Shown one piece after another: positions 25,796 through 40,700 of a DNA stretch of 64,000 bases. This DNA comes from Botryllus schlosseri (lineage: Eukaryota): contig CM119372.1 in NCBI GenBank assembly GCA_051294905.1, positions 12,464,001 through 12,528,000 of the forward strand, read 5' to 3'. The translations under genes were made by a program, and so were the position numbers. Numbering within the stretch: the stretch's first letter is position 1; every line of letters starts with the position of its first letter. The notes under the pieces were generated by a model. That model was given only the letters and a program-made list of their open reading frames with translations, had not been told where the DNA came from and made no database searches.

Positions 25796-28700
25796 ATGGC
25801 TCGTAGTCGAAGAAAATATGGCAAGGCAGCGACGGATTCCAGTGAAGCGAAATCAGAAGGTATAATAGCAGTGTTTCTTGACCTTTTCTCTTGAACCAGC
25901 CTCCCCAACAAAATATGAAATGAAAATTTAATGAATACTGAAGAAAAGTGCCATGTGTTTTGTTAACAGACCTTTTGAAATTGAAGGGGCACTGCGCTCT
26001 AAAAATGATGAGGTCTCAATATGAAAGGCAAAACGAGAGAAAAAATGGCCGCCGCCATTTTCTTCAGAACGCCACCGCCTGTCCAGATTGGAAACAGTGG
26101 TTGTTTTCGGCAATGAGTTGCGCGTGACAGAAGGGTTTCTTACATAGAATAAGTAAGGAATTGAACGGAAAGTTGCGCGTGACGTTACCACCAATTCCAC
26201 TCTGGCCGCCTGTACCCTGTATGGAATCGGTGTCCTGTACTCACACAATTCTTCATTTTTTGATTATTTTCTATTAAATTACTTCAACTTGGAGAATCAT
26301 CCCTGCTTACATGTTATATATCAGCAAAACGTACCGAGATTCCAGTAGGGCGCCATCATAACGGAGCTTCAATTTATTGAAATTTCGACAGGACCGTCAC
26401 GCTCCAGCTGTTGCAGCTGCACGTCATTTCCTAACCCGGTACATGGCAGTTCATGCACTATAGTTCTGTGCCACGTGCCTTATTTAACCATGAACTTGAA
26501 AGATGTTAAATCACAATGACGGAAGCCTGACTGCCACCATACCATCACAATACAAGTGCAAAGTATAATTTTAACCAGGATAAGATCATAATTCAAAACA
26601 ATAGTACAAATAATAATTGTTATAATTACGAGTTACTTGAGAGTCTGATAGGTGCAGTAGTTTAACCCCAGGTTTGTGTCAGAAAACGCTAGGTCTCGCA
26701 CTGCGAGACTCGCACCCACCTGAAAATTTGCTCCCATCACCCTTGCGGTCCGGTTGAGGGTTGATCACCACTCGTTCATAGCAATATTTTGTGGTCTTCA
26801 AGTTTCACATTGATTGAGATTATTTTTAGACACCAATGTGCTTCTGATCGATTCTACGGAGACGGTGGTGTCACGAAAAAAAGCTGCTGTACCTAACCAA
26901 CCGAAGAAGCTGAGCAAGAAACAGAGAAAGAAACTTGAAAAAGTGCTTGAGCAGAAGGATAAAAAAGCAAAGGTAGAAATTTACGAATTATTTTGGGCAA
27001 CGATCGAGATAACCGGACCACGACCTAGCTCAGGGGTGGCCAACCTTTTCGGCCAAAGGGCCACATGAGATTTATGAACCATTGCGCGGGCCACTTGAAT
27101 GTTGATGACTTTTTTAATCTTCCGATAGGAGCGAAATGGTGAAACGGTGAAAACAATACTTACCGTATATTAATACGCATCAATAACATATATGATATGA
27201 AGACTCGGCTTGCAAGTACATCCACGACCTAGCCGCGCACGGCGCGATTTTTTTAAAAGTTACTAAATGAATTCGGTCGATAATAATGTTACTTGCATAA
27301 TTATATTTCGGGTCGCCTCTGCATACCGCTAGACTCATTTGGCAAGGACAGGATTATCCGCCGCTTGGACTTATAAATATCGAAGATTTCAGCTAATATG
27401 CAAAATATTGTACTTTGTGATTGGTCATATACGACGATCTGCGAAAAATGTGTCTGGCCCCTGGCTATGCCAATGCGTCGGAACTGATATTTTAGTTATC
27501 AAAATCCCAAATTCCGCGGTCAGGCTAATCAAATTTTGGTTATTTGGTTTCAGTAATTTATCTTTAATAATATAACTAGTTTCGAGAATTACCCCGCCGG
27601 CCACGGGATGGTCGCCCCTGACCTAGCATATCTATCTCACCTTCCGCCGCATACCACCTCATTTTGTCGAGCGCTTGCCTTTATATTCTTTGCTTTACTT
27701 TTCATTCAGTGCATGCCCAGGCGGGTGTCTGATTTCAAGGACTGCTCCAAGTCGTTCGACACCTTCTTATCTTTCATTGTATCGCAGTTTTGTGACGTTT
27801 TGAAATGGTGAAAATATTAATATACTGATACACTGGAATGTAGTGAAATATTAGGTACTGGTATAGATTTGAAAAGGGATGTGCCATCAATTCTGCTGGT
27901 GATCACTATCATTTAGTTGCAGCTTTATCTCATTAACAGCATTGTATATTCAACTTATACAGCGTATTGCCTATTTTCCAAGTCAATTTTTATACAATTA
28001 TATTATAGTCATCTTTTATTTTACCTTTTAATTTATATTGTTGATGATGTGTGTTATTTTCCCTGTTAATGTTCTCAGGTATCATGAGTTTATAAATTAT
28101 CTCTTGCTCAAATGCTCATGTAATATGCAATTATGATCCCAAAATGTTTATACCATATGTGCGGATAAGCCCTTGTAAGCCTCTCGGTCTTGGCAGTGTG
28201 CGGGCCACTGCATGTCAAGGCAATATGCCCAATGCCTATTCACATCAGCTGATTCTCCCTCGAAGTCGTTTTAGCTAGTGAGGAATAGTGCGTTTGGGCA
28301 AAGCAGAATAGCTTATTTTGAACCAGGCCGCGTGTTGGTTACACGTCTTCAGAAATTTTCAAATGATGCTTTCCAAAAATTGAATACTTTCATATAGTAT
28401 TGCAGTTGCAGTGCAGGTTGCGTAAACTGAGGACTAATCATATTGTGAATATCAATTCTAGCAAACCCTAGACTAACATATAGCCTATAGTCTCACCATG
28501 TCATGGTATACAAACATGAAGTGGGCCAATTCATCTGCCATACCGGTATGACAAGCAGTCCTAGTCTCCGTATTGATCCCATACGCTGACTTTGTACAGT
28601 ACATACTGTGGCAATTTACTGATAATATCATTGTCAGAGGGCGGACTTGCTGAAGGAGCTAGCCAAGGTGCAAGTCGACGCTTCCGAATTGGCTCTCATG

Positions 28701-31700
28701 TCGAGCGTCGCACATCTTGGGACAAAAAATTCCAATCTTCAACTTGCGAAAAGACCGCTTCCGGAAGATTTGAAGCAAGAAATTGAAAAGTTGAACAGTA
28801 TTCGGGGAGCAAAGAGGAGGAAAAAATTACCAAAGAGCGAATTGGTGAGTGTGGCTGCACCTATTTTCACTGGGCGGTCTGTAGGTGCTCATTAGTACTC
28901 TTGGTCTGAATATTTCTGCTCTACGTATGAAACCACAGCTTCACAAGTTTCAGCACCTCTGTAATAAAACATTGAATGTTTTTGTCTTTGCTGTTTCTGC
29001 GGCATATACACGGACGATGGACTCGTGATATACAGATACACACGATCTGTGCATATGCATACCAGGAGTGCATGATGTACATATGCCTCTAGACAAGGAA
29101 GGTGCATAAATAACCTCGTAAGACATTCTAAGTCTTGGACCAAGCCTCCATGCTATCCCGGTAACTTCGGTCTGACCCGCTGGGGATCGAACCCACGACC
29201 TACCGATCAAGTCGCACCCTCCACCATTACTCAATCTTGTCGGAATAGTATATTATTTATGGACCATCAATCAGAGTTAGGCTTGTGTAGGGATTAAAGT
29301 AAGAGTAGTGCCGTTTACTGTTATCAATTGCAGGGCCAAGTAGTACTGTTTGAGACTGATCAAAACGAAGTTACCTGTACTACAAGTAAAGTAGCCCGAT
29401 GTCACCGGGGCAAGTACAAGTTCTGCAAGTAGTAGGAAACCGTAAAGACACCGAGGAAGTGATTTTCCTGACATAATTTGAGAAACTTAAACACTGCAAA
29501 GTGTAGTAAGTGGTGTTTGTTTGCTTGAATAGTGCAACAGTGCAGTATAAGTTCGTTTCTGTGGTCCGTGAGCCACGTCACTATACTGCAGCTTGACAAA
29601 ATTGAGTTAGGTTTAGATGCATGCACCTCGAAGCTTTTAAATTGTGTGATGTTAACAATCAACTTCCAACTACAAGATATCTGCATGAAGCAAGGTATCA
29701 TTGTTGATATTTGCATTTTGGGGAAATTTCGTTGATTCGATAATTCATATCGTATTTTGCCTGTCGCCGTTCCGCAATTGCAGCCTGATGCACAGCAGGA
29801 AGACAGCACAGACACGAGCGACATCTCCCTGTCTTCAGACGACGAGAATATCAAATCTGGTAACACGGTTCGAATACGAGCTATCGCTTCACCTGACTGT
29901 AATAGCGCCGTGCACCTGTTCAGATTTGGAAGCCGATCGCGTGGAAATCACCGACGACGCGTGCAAAGTGGATGATGTGGCGGAAGAAAAACAGACGGGT
30001 GCTACGGCGGTCGGTGGCGAAGATAAATCTGTGACCAAGGAGAGCGGTGACGCTAAATCGACGGGACCTACCAACTCCGAGACTTCCCTGCCCAAGTTAC
30101 CAAAGTTTCCCACGGTCTACGTGCCGCTCGACAGAGATGATTCGATCCAAGACCACCGACTGGCCCTGCCTATTCTGGCGGAGGAGCAAGCCATCATGGA
30201 GGCCATCCAGCACAACCACACAGTCGTTCTGTGCGGTGAGACGGGTTCCGGCAAGACGACGCAAGTGCCACAATTTCTCTACGAGGCCGGCTTTGCGAAG
30301 TACGATTCGATGCCGAAGTCTGCATTTTCCAATCGGTTACCATGAATTTTTCTTGTTTCGACGCAGGCAAGGTATTATCGGCGTGACTGAACCGCGGCGA
30401 GTGGCCGCCATCAGCATGTCGCAGCGCGTGGCGAATGAAATGAATTTGCCCCCGAGCCGGATATCATATCAGATAAGGTATATTTGAATTGTATGTAGGA
30501 ATTTCAAAACGTCTTTATCTCAGAAGGTGGCCTGACGTTCGGACGCACTGCTAATATAACCCTAGACCATGGGTTCCTACCCAGGGTTCTGAGGACCTGT
30601 TAGGGATACGAAGCACTAAATTAGGGTGTACGAGATGCATTGTGGAATTAGGCATACACGTTCAAATTTATTTCCCAACCTAACCAAAAATGGAATATTT
30701 CCTAGGCAGATTTACTCAAGTACATCATTTTCTTCGAGCTACGCCCGATTTCATATCGAAGTTCATTTTTATTTTGATATAGGTACCATCAGAAGTTGTG
30801 TTGGAAGTGAACAGGGGGTACGAGAAATTTTATTCAAACCCCAAGTGGTACAAGTGCTAAAATGTTTTAGAAACACTGCCCTAAAATTAACCCTAAATCT
30901 AATCCTAACTTTTTTAACCCACATGCTGACATACAGAGACGATTGTTGCTAGTTGTCGTCCTGGGGCAAAAAGCCAAGTAGCTAAGTCACGTCATCCCTC
31001 TAGTACCCACCTAAGCCACATGCTGAATTGTTGCATGCTGATATGTCCACGGGCCATCTCGGAAATCGTCAATGTGGTTAAGAAGCTTTGAAGAAATTTG
31101 ATTTGGGCATATCTGGTGCCCGGGGCCGGGTTGATTAGGTTTTTACCGATTTTTGATGTGCATGAATCGCGTCCCTCGCGGTGTGCCGACACCCGTGCCG
31201 TAATTATTAGTAGGCCTATAGTTAGAGTTTTCTTCACTAAGATTCACTAAGTTTGCGATTCGATCCACTCTTTCAATATCTTATGTTGACCTGATGGAAG
31301 CAAGCTTCATTATCTTTACTCTTTTAGTTTCTTTCCCAGTTGAGGGTTTGAAAATTGTTCGGATGTTCCAGTCAGCTCTAGATTACCTGACCATGATCTG
31401 ACATATCGACCTCACCTACTGACACTGATCAGTTAATTATCTCCGCTTGTCCTTATATCCTGTCTTCTGTTCCTTCACATTCAGTGTGCAAAATCTTGGG
31501 GCGTTTTGAATATATGACAAAATAACTAAAAATAACATCCGAATATAGCGAATCCCCCATCCCTGCTATGATCCGTTCGATCTGTTAAATCGTGCTTCAG
31601 GTACGAGGGAAACGTGACGGACGACACCGAGATGAAGTTCATGACGGACGGCGTCTTGCTGCGAGAAATCCAAAACGACTTTCTGCTGACCAAATATTCC

Positions 31701-34700
31701 GCCGTCGTAATCGATGAGGCTCACGAGAGGAGCGTCTACACCGACGTGCTGATCGGACTCCTGTCTCGGATTGTTCCGTTAAGAAATAAGGTGAGTGTAC
31801 TGGTGTTGCGTGTGGTCTTATCGTCACTTCTAATTGAACCGGCGTGAATTTACAGAAAGGCAACCCTATGAGATTGATCATCATGTCTGCGACATTGCGC
31901 GTTGAGGACTTTACCCAAAACGCGAGGCTGTTCAAGACGCCTCCGCCTGTGATAAGGGTAAGCTTGCAATTGATGTCTTGAATTTATGCTTCTATTCTCT
32001 ATTTTAAGTGTGATTTGTTTAGGGTAGTGGTTCTGAACCTTTTAATGGTTGCTATCAATTTCTGATTTGAAAATGTTCCACGTGCCACCTCTAAAATTGG
32101 GTGATCTAGACAGGACAGCACCTTCCACCCTGACCGACATATATGAAAAGCTGGTTGCTAAAAAAAAGCCACACTTTCAGAACCCGCAACTTTCCAAACC
32201 CCCATGATGTAACCACTCGTTTACAGGCTAATATAGTTTAAATGAGATACACTCGAACAGAAATATATACAAGCTAGTAGTGATACCCGTTTTATAAATA
32301 AACCGGTTATTGTGGTATTTCTTGTCGACGGATGACCTCGTATTTCTCTGTGAGCCAGCTTCAAAATAGACGTCACGTTTGTATCATCTGGCTTCGCTTG
32401 TCTGATTGCTAGTTCAGTAATGTACTATTGTTCAATGTACATCAAACGGGTTGTTTATTTTCTCAGATAAGCATCAGTACGTAATGCGTAATACTTAACG
32501 ATCATCTTCTTTTTTTCAAACCGCATAACTGTCCGGCATGGTTATGCTAATCGGGTATGCCGCATGTCCAGAGCACATGTGACTGGTATTTTTGACCAAA
32601 ATTGGTTGGCTGTCATATGTCGACAACGCATTCTGTCACGCAGGTAGAGACACGACAGCACCCGGTGACCGTACACTTCAACAAGAAGACGCCCATGGAC
32701 GATAAAGGAAGGCCGTACATCCGGGAAGCCTACAAGAAGGTAAGGGAGACGTCGCCGGGCACGGTTGCAGTTGTGAATTTTCGCTCCGTTGTGCTGTTTC
32801 AGATCTGCAAAATTCACCGCACCTTGCCGGCCGGCGGTATTTTGGTGTTCGTCACAGGTCAGAACGAAGTGCACTCTTTGTGCAAGATGCTGAAATCGAC
32901 TTTCCCGGCAAAACCTCGTGTCGGTTCGGTCGATCCGAATGACAGCGCTAAAGAATCGGTTGCCGATAATAAAGGTGGCTAAAAGTTGCTGCATTTTGAT
33001 GATTCTTGGATTTTATCAGTCGATGTCATGTGAATTGAAATGCTTGGTCACACTTGTCCATGTTTTGGCGCTCTGATACTTGACTTGAACCGAGTCGGGT
33101 ACTCGATTTTGTTTAGGCCTACTAGTGACCTCCGGATATTGATGGTGTGTTATGTTGCATTTCATTGTAATGGTAAGTAATAGTTTTCTTGTGCTTATCC
33201 TTTATCAGCAGTTTTTATGCGGTATTTGCCAATTGCTTCCTGGACTTTCGAGTGACTTCAGTGGTAAATAGTGCCACAGGTGTTGGGTACAAGACAGGGT
33301 TGTAATGACTCGACTCGCAATTTTTTGGTGACTCGACTTGACTCGAGTCATTTTTTCAAATGCTTGAACAGACTCGACTCCAGTCAATTTGTGTAATGAC
33401 TTGACTTGTGCGCGAGTCATTGTACATGACTCGAACCACGTCATTTGACTTGAGACTAGGACGGCCAAGACAGACATTTCATTGTAACTTCGAAGAAGAG
33501 TAAAGTAACTACGTTATTGGTATTTCGTCTATCAGTCCTGATACTTGGAAAACAGGGCCTGGAACTGTTAAGACTGAGCAAAATTACTATATTGTGAATG
33601 CGAGCCATTCTATATCACTCGAGCAGAGTTGAAAAAAGTGGATTGAACTGAAAACTGAACACTGAACCTAATGACTTGGACTTGGATTCGAGTCAAAAGA
33701 CTATGACTCGGACTCGACCGTCTACTAACTGACTTGTACTCGGACTTGACTCGGCGATGAATTGAAAATGACTCGACTTGACTCAAGTCAAAACTCATGC
33801 CTCCCTTGGTAGCTCTCAACTTCAGTGATTGTTGTTCCAGAATCTGGTCTTCCCAAAGTGAATCTGGATGCCATTTCTTCTGTTCCCGGCAACAACAAAG
33901 AAGTGAAACGTGACCGGGAGGAAGAGAAAGATGCCCCGGCGTGCTTATCTGATGAAGATGATCTGGATTCAGACGTTGATGAATCTCCGGTACGGTGTTT
34001 CTGTGTTCTGTGTCATACATGTACTGAGTCGCCGTACGACTCACAGTCGCGAAGCAGCGTCACTACTTTATGGTCAACGAAAATTTTTACTTTACACTTC
34101 AGAATGATGTCGAATTTTCGAGAGAGGTCGACAGAAACCTGCCAATGCATGTACTGCCGTTATACTCGTTGTTAGCACCAGCACGGCAGCGGGAAGTCTT
34201 CCAAACGCCTCCTGAAGACACAAGGTAGCCACCCGACATCGCGTGTCACATATCCACTGTGTTTTAACCTCCTGTCATCCGCAGGCTGTGTGTCATCGCC
34301 ACCAACGTGGCCGAGACTTCGCTCACGATTCCCGGGATCAAGTATGCGATTGACACAGGAAAGGTGAAACAAAGGTTCTACGACAAGGTAACAAACATTT
34401 TTTTATGCGTTGCTGTTTGGCGATGTTACAGGGTTTATGCTTTCAGGTGACTGGGATATCGTCTTTTCGCGTGACGTGGGTGTCGAAAGCGTCTGCCGAT
34501 CAACGTGCTGGCCGTTCGGGCAGAGTCGGACCGGGTCACGCTTATCGATTGTATTCGTCTGCGGTGTTTCAGGATTTCAGAAACTTTTCAGTTCCGGAAA
34601 TAGCGTCGAAACCCGTTCCTGGATTAGTTTTGCAGGTGACTTATATATCAGTCTAATAGTGTAAGTACAGTATGGTTCGATATCGGTGCCGATATTGTTA

Positions 34701-37700
34701 AGTGGTTTGGAGGTTGTTTTTGATTTCGAGATGACATATGTGGTCAGAGTTGGCACGCTCTCAAGAACAATATAGCACTGCGAGCGTAGACACGAGTAGT
34801 TAATGAAAATTTGTGGGGAAATTTGGTACAAATTTATAATAGTGCCCACAGGGCATGATGGCCAAGTTGAAAATTTGCTGGTTGCAAAGGTACCCTTGCC
34901 CACTATCAGGCACATGCGTCTTGAATCGCTTATCATATTTATACCAGTAAAACTTATTACGGCCATGACCTGTAAACTGCCCATTTTCAGAACATCATTT
35001 TGTTCGCAAATCTGCGAGACTTTACTTTCGACCCTTCGATTGATACCAGTGTGTCACGAAACTTCAACGTTCTATCTGTTGGCCTCTAACAAAAGTGGTG
35101 AAAGTAGTGACCGTTGGCACTCGAATAGAAGTAGAAGTAGCGATTTCGAAGGAAGTGAAAAAGCAAGTATTCTAGGCCTAGTATTGCCTAAAAATCGAAA
35201 ACTGTCAAGTGGAAGTGGAATTGGTCTAAAATCATGACCACTCGAGCATGTAGCGAAACCAAGCAAAATCAACTCGAGTACCATACTTCAAAATAGTAGG
35301 ACTGCTCTGTTACCACTGCCTCTGGCCTTTAACTAACCGTCCCTCACAGATGAAGCAGATGAACATCGAAAAAGTTGTGAATTTCCCATTTCCTACCCCG
35401 CCGCCACAGGAATCTCTCAGAGCCGCGGAAGATTTGTTGATATCGTTAGGCGCGGTTGAGAAGCCTCAGCTCAGGAAAGGAGTTCGGAATAACTTTGGTA
35501 AGTGCCCGCAAGATTACCGATGAATTGGGCAATTGGTAACCGTTAATTCTAACCCTAACCTACCCCCAAGTAATCCCCTAACCCAAATACATTGATATAT
35601 ACCAGTGGTCGGGGACCTTTTTTGTCTGAAGAGCCATATGGGCCCTATTTTTTCCATTTTAACTCCCAAAGAGCCATACATGTCAATCAACTGTTACGTC
35701 GTGACATGGTGACGTCATGGTAGCACTAATTCGAACTTACTACAAGGGATTCGTCCTTTTTCCCCACATTTTCTTTGTGAAACCTCGAACTAATCATGCT
35801 GGTTGCCTTATTTAAGCTTGCGAAATTTGAATTTCGAGAACGTAGGTTCATTGTGATGCTACTTTTAAATGCTAGAACCCATGATCACATGCGTAGGTGG
35901 ATCCAAATATGGTCACTACAGCAGTATATATGTCTACCCACTCTAAGTTGTGATACATCAGTGACGTCAGATCAGGGGAGGTAAGTAATACAGTACCTGA
36001 CCTGTCGCCAGGATGAGTGAACGGAAATTGTGAAACCTTGAATTACTATTGGTATTTTCTATTGATGTCCATGACTGACAAGATTTTAAACATTTTTCTT
36101 CCAAAATCACACAATTTTCATATTTACCGTACGAATACAAAGCGCGGAACGAGAGGTAAGTCACAGATGGACCAAAGCTCACCATTGATGGGTGTGGGTC
36201 TGATTCCATAGACTACTCCAAATCGCTTCGCCACCTTCCTATCCTTTCATTGTATCACAAGTTTGTGGTGTATTGAACAGATAAAATTGCTAATAAACCA
36301 ATGATGCTGATGATAACGCAACTCATCGTAAATAGATTGGAATTTATTATAACTGATGTTAATCGAATGTAACTGTAACGATTCTGAAAATCTAAATACT
36401 GCTGATCGACTTCTCAATTCTTGAAGTATTCGGCGGTAACATATAACGTTGCACTACACGCCTGCATTTTATCGCCGGTACTACAGAGCTACTCACCAAT
36501 CAAGAACGTTGTTAGCTATGACGTTGTTTGTAATTCGAGTTTGTAATTGTGAATGTAACGTCCACGATAGTTCACTTCGTGCCGAAGAACACGAAGACAT
36601 TGTGTATTTGAAAACTGCGTTCATATGCTGGGCGTCGCCATGTCTGCTATTCTCTTCGATCAATCAAAGTATCGATCAATCCAAGATTTCGAGTCGGGTA
36701 GGTGTGTACCGAATTCGCGAATGATATTGGTCGCCGGCGCGACAGTAACTTAAATTTGAGGATTTTGAAAAGAGGGGGTCCGATCCCCTAAACCTGAAAA
36801 GGACATTGTCTTTACCTCGCAAAGACACGTTTATGCTGCCAGGAGAATAATTATTCTATCTGTGATGAAAATTTACTAACAAGTTGCTGCAATATTGATC
36901 AATTTAGTAAAAAAATAAATATTTGGCAAAGAGCCGTAGGTTCCCGACCACTGATATATACAAAGTGCCGAATTCACCAACATAAGAAACGCTCATATTC
37001 AGTGAAATATTCATTTTCGATTAAATTAATATAATATTGATATATCGGTTTCATACTAATTATAGTTAGTATATTTTCTAATGACAAGTTCACCAAGTGC
37101 CGAATTCAACATGATAAATTAACCAAGTTCAGTTTTTCACAATTCGCATTCATATTCAGTTAAACATTATTTTTTAAGTATATTAATGCGGTGTGCATCA
37201 CTTTCATAATAATAATAGTTATTATTGCAATTTTAATGCCAAATTCGCCAAGTTCCGAACTCCCGGTAATCGCCCGCAGGCCTAGCCACGCCGACACTTT
37301 TCACAATAGCCGTCGATTTGCTTCAGACCGACATGGCGGACGCATAACGGAATTGGGGAAAGCGATGGCGGTCTTCCCTGTGCATCCAAGATTCGGGAAG
37401 ATGTTGGCTATGGCGTCTGCGAAGGAGCACATCGAAATCTTGCCCTATGTGGTGACGTTAGTGGCCGCGTTGACGGTCAGGGTGAGTACGTGCGGAATCG
37501 AGTTCGTAGGAGCTCAAATCACGGCTCAATGTCGACGTTTCAGGAAGTATTCGTGGAGCACCATCAGCCGGCCACGTCAGAAGACGAGGTTTGCATTCTA
37601 CTGTTAATTTTATGTAGTGATGTTGCTAGGGCTGTTCAAAAATAACTTTTTTTCCCGGATTCCAGCCATTCACTGATTAAATTGTCAGGTTACCCTAAAA

Positions 37701-40700
37701 AACGCTGCACACCCAATTTGGTTCAATTCTAACAAGTATAGGACTCCGCAGATCCAATTAAAATTTTTAATTTATTATGGAGAATTAAAAAAAAAATTTT
37801 CAATTTTTTCTGCCAACCCCATGAAATTGTTACGCTGTCTTCAAAGACCTTGCAAAACAAATTTGAGTCAATTCCGACCAGTAGAAGCGGAGTTATGTGA
37901 GTTTTTCGATGATAATCCACGGATTATCCTTGATTGGTGGATAATCCACAATTTATCAACGAAAAACTCACATAACTCCGCTTCTACTGGTCGGAATTGA
38001 CTCAAATTTGTTTTGCAACGTCTTTGAAGACAGCTCAACAAATTCATGAGGTTGGCAGAAAAATTTGAAAATTTTTTTTTTCAATTTTCCATAATAAATT
38101 AAAAATTTTAATTGGATCTGCGGAGTCCTATACTTGTTAGAATTGAACCAAATTTGGCGTGCAGCGTTTTTTAGGGTAACTTGACAATTTAATCAGTGAA
38201 TGGCTGGAATCCGGGAAAAAAAGTTATTTTTGAACAGCCCTGCCAGCACAGCCCATTGTTGCTGTGCCAGTTGCGCTCATTTTACATTTTATTTTTTGCA
38301 AATTGGTTGAAAATCGTCACTCTCCGGGATTCAGTTTTTGTACAGCGTGCTTTTCCAAGCAACTTCTGATGCGAGTTTTTAAACTTGGTTTAAACCGGAG
38401 CTGTGGTGGAGTCTGTTCACTTACCACCGACTCCAAACATTTTCAATATACTGCACTTTTAACCACACCGACTCACGCTGATAAGATTTCATTCACAGAA
38501 CTCTGACGCCAACTCCAACATTCCTGAAATTAATGCGTTTTTTAATTTGGAAAAAAAGTTCTCGCAGAAACAAATTGTGAACGTCCGCCTATATCGAACA
38601 CTCAGTAACTTCTGAAATTGCAATGGTCTTTTTAGTTTTGCACATAGTGGCAAAATTTCTAAGACTCCACCAGGAGAAAATTCCGACTCTCCAGCCCTGG
38701 TTTAAATCGACTGAGTGTAGTGCGCTGCTTGCTTGCTTGCTGGTAGCAGAGTAGACTATAGTTCTACTAAACACTGAAATGCTTTGTTGTTTCAGTGACC
38801 GTAATTCACTTTCATGGAACGTGGTATGGGTTTTGAACTCAAACTAACGATGAAGCCAGACGATTCGGGAGTGTTGACGTTTTATTTCTATATGCCAATT
38901 CTATTGTCAAGTCGTGTCTATTCAATTGAAATTTGCCATTACAATGTGTGCCAATGAAAATCAGTTACCCACTCCTACAGTCCTACAAGATATTGTAGGA
39001 TTCATAAGTGATCTCTTAAATTGCAGAAAGCGCACTTTAAAGAGCTTACCGCTCGATTATCCCATCTGAAATCGGTATGGGGTGGTGGAAACAATGACGC
39101 AGCAAAATCTTTCGGCGATTTGATGGTGTTGCTTGGGGCTATCGGATCCGCGGAGTACACGGGATTGTCTCACGGCTTGTGCGTTCAAAATTGTTTGAGG
39201 TACGCGACACAGTTGTGTTCTAGTTTTACGTGTTTGTCTACGTCAAGTTCTACGCGTCTGTTCAGGTATAAGGCTTTGACTGAAATTCGTAAGCTTCGTT
39301 CGCAAATTATCAACATCATCAACTCTGTCAATCCTGACAGTAATGTTTGTTTGACTTCGAAGATGGAACCGCCAAACAATAATCAGGTAGGGCCTCACGA
39401 AAGAAAAGTGGATCCAGCCATGATGACTATCTGTGAAATCTGTTCTGTTGACGATCAGTTTTTGTTATGCTGAAATGGTATGGCATATGAGCAACAGACG
39501 TATGTACCTGTACAATTGAGAAATTTAATGGAGCCCGACCTATATCGGAATTTCTAGCCGATACCAATTTCGACTTTATAACATATTTTGCCAACAAAGC
39601 AAAGCAACGTGTGACATTGGAATATGAGCCTTGTGAAGACCCTCCTCTGACTTGAGGATTTTAACCGTGAAATTGCCACTACGATAGGATGATGTTGCCC
39701 TTATATCATGGTGGCAGTGAATGATTTTGAAAATAGGAGCTATCTGTTGCGTCATCAGTAGGGCCATTTTTATATGACCTTAAAAAATCCATATTATGAC
39801 TTTATTTTTTGGAAAATATGACTTTATATGACTTTATGTGAAAATTGTGTATTTTTACATGCTAACAACGTCACTCACGGAACTAAAGAGTAAAACATAC
39901 GCAACATAACACATCCATTTTTATTTGAAGCCACTGTTGTAGTACAGTTTCATGTAGTGCGGAATGTTAGAGCCTTTGAAGTTATGATTTGGACGTAAAA
40001 TGACTTTAGTAAGGAAAATGAGCGCTCCACAGACGCTGATGTGGGTTGACACTTCTGCAGTTTTGCATAAAGCGATGGTGAAATGTCTCGTCTTTGTAGC
40101 TCCATAATTTTTTTCACATCGTTTTTGTCCAATTGCTTTTTAATGTAATTTTTGAGCTCAAGCGGATCTTTTCAGAAATCAAGGGCATTTAGATCAGCAT
40201 GGGCGTGTATGTAGGCTATAACTTTCCATTACAACATCACATCAGGTTGACGGTATACGTAGGCTATAATTTTCCATTTTCAGTATTAAGTTTGAAATAT
40301 TGTTATAGTGGAGGAAAATTGACTGAACAGTCAACTTTGGATCGTTGACTGAATATTTGATGCTCTTTACTTCACCTTCCTACGTCTCGGCATAATATTG
40401 AGCAACATTCGACCAGCTACCCCAACGAGTAACTGCCTTAGTTTCTTAGTGCTTGATTGCTTCACCACTTAAATTGGTACTTTTTATTTAAAGTATACTA
40501 AAAATATGACTTTATAACTTTCTTAATATACCCCGTAGGGATGCGGTTTTTACGTTAAAATTGATTTCACGACTTACTGATGCATAGAAAAAAATATGAC
40601 TTTAATGACTTTAAATGGCCCTAGTCATCAGTCCTTCTGCATTGGTCGCAAAGACCCATCTTGCAATTTTGAAAGCTTCTGTCGGCGTTTGCCTGTCATA

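Noticed and set aside
29150..29235. Possible tRNA gene (GGTTCGATCCC on the minus strand)
   Set aside because: No cloverleaf or acceptor stem and no oligo-T terminator; better explained as a SINE head.
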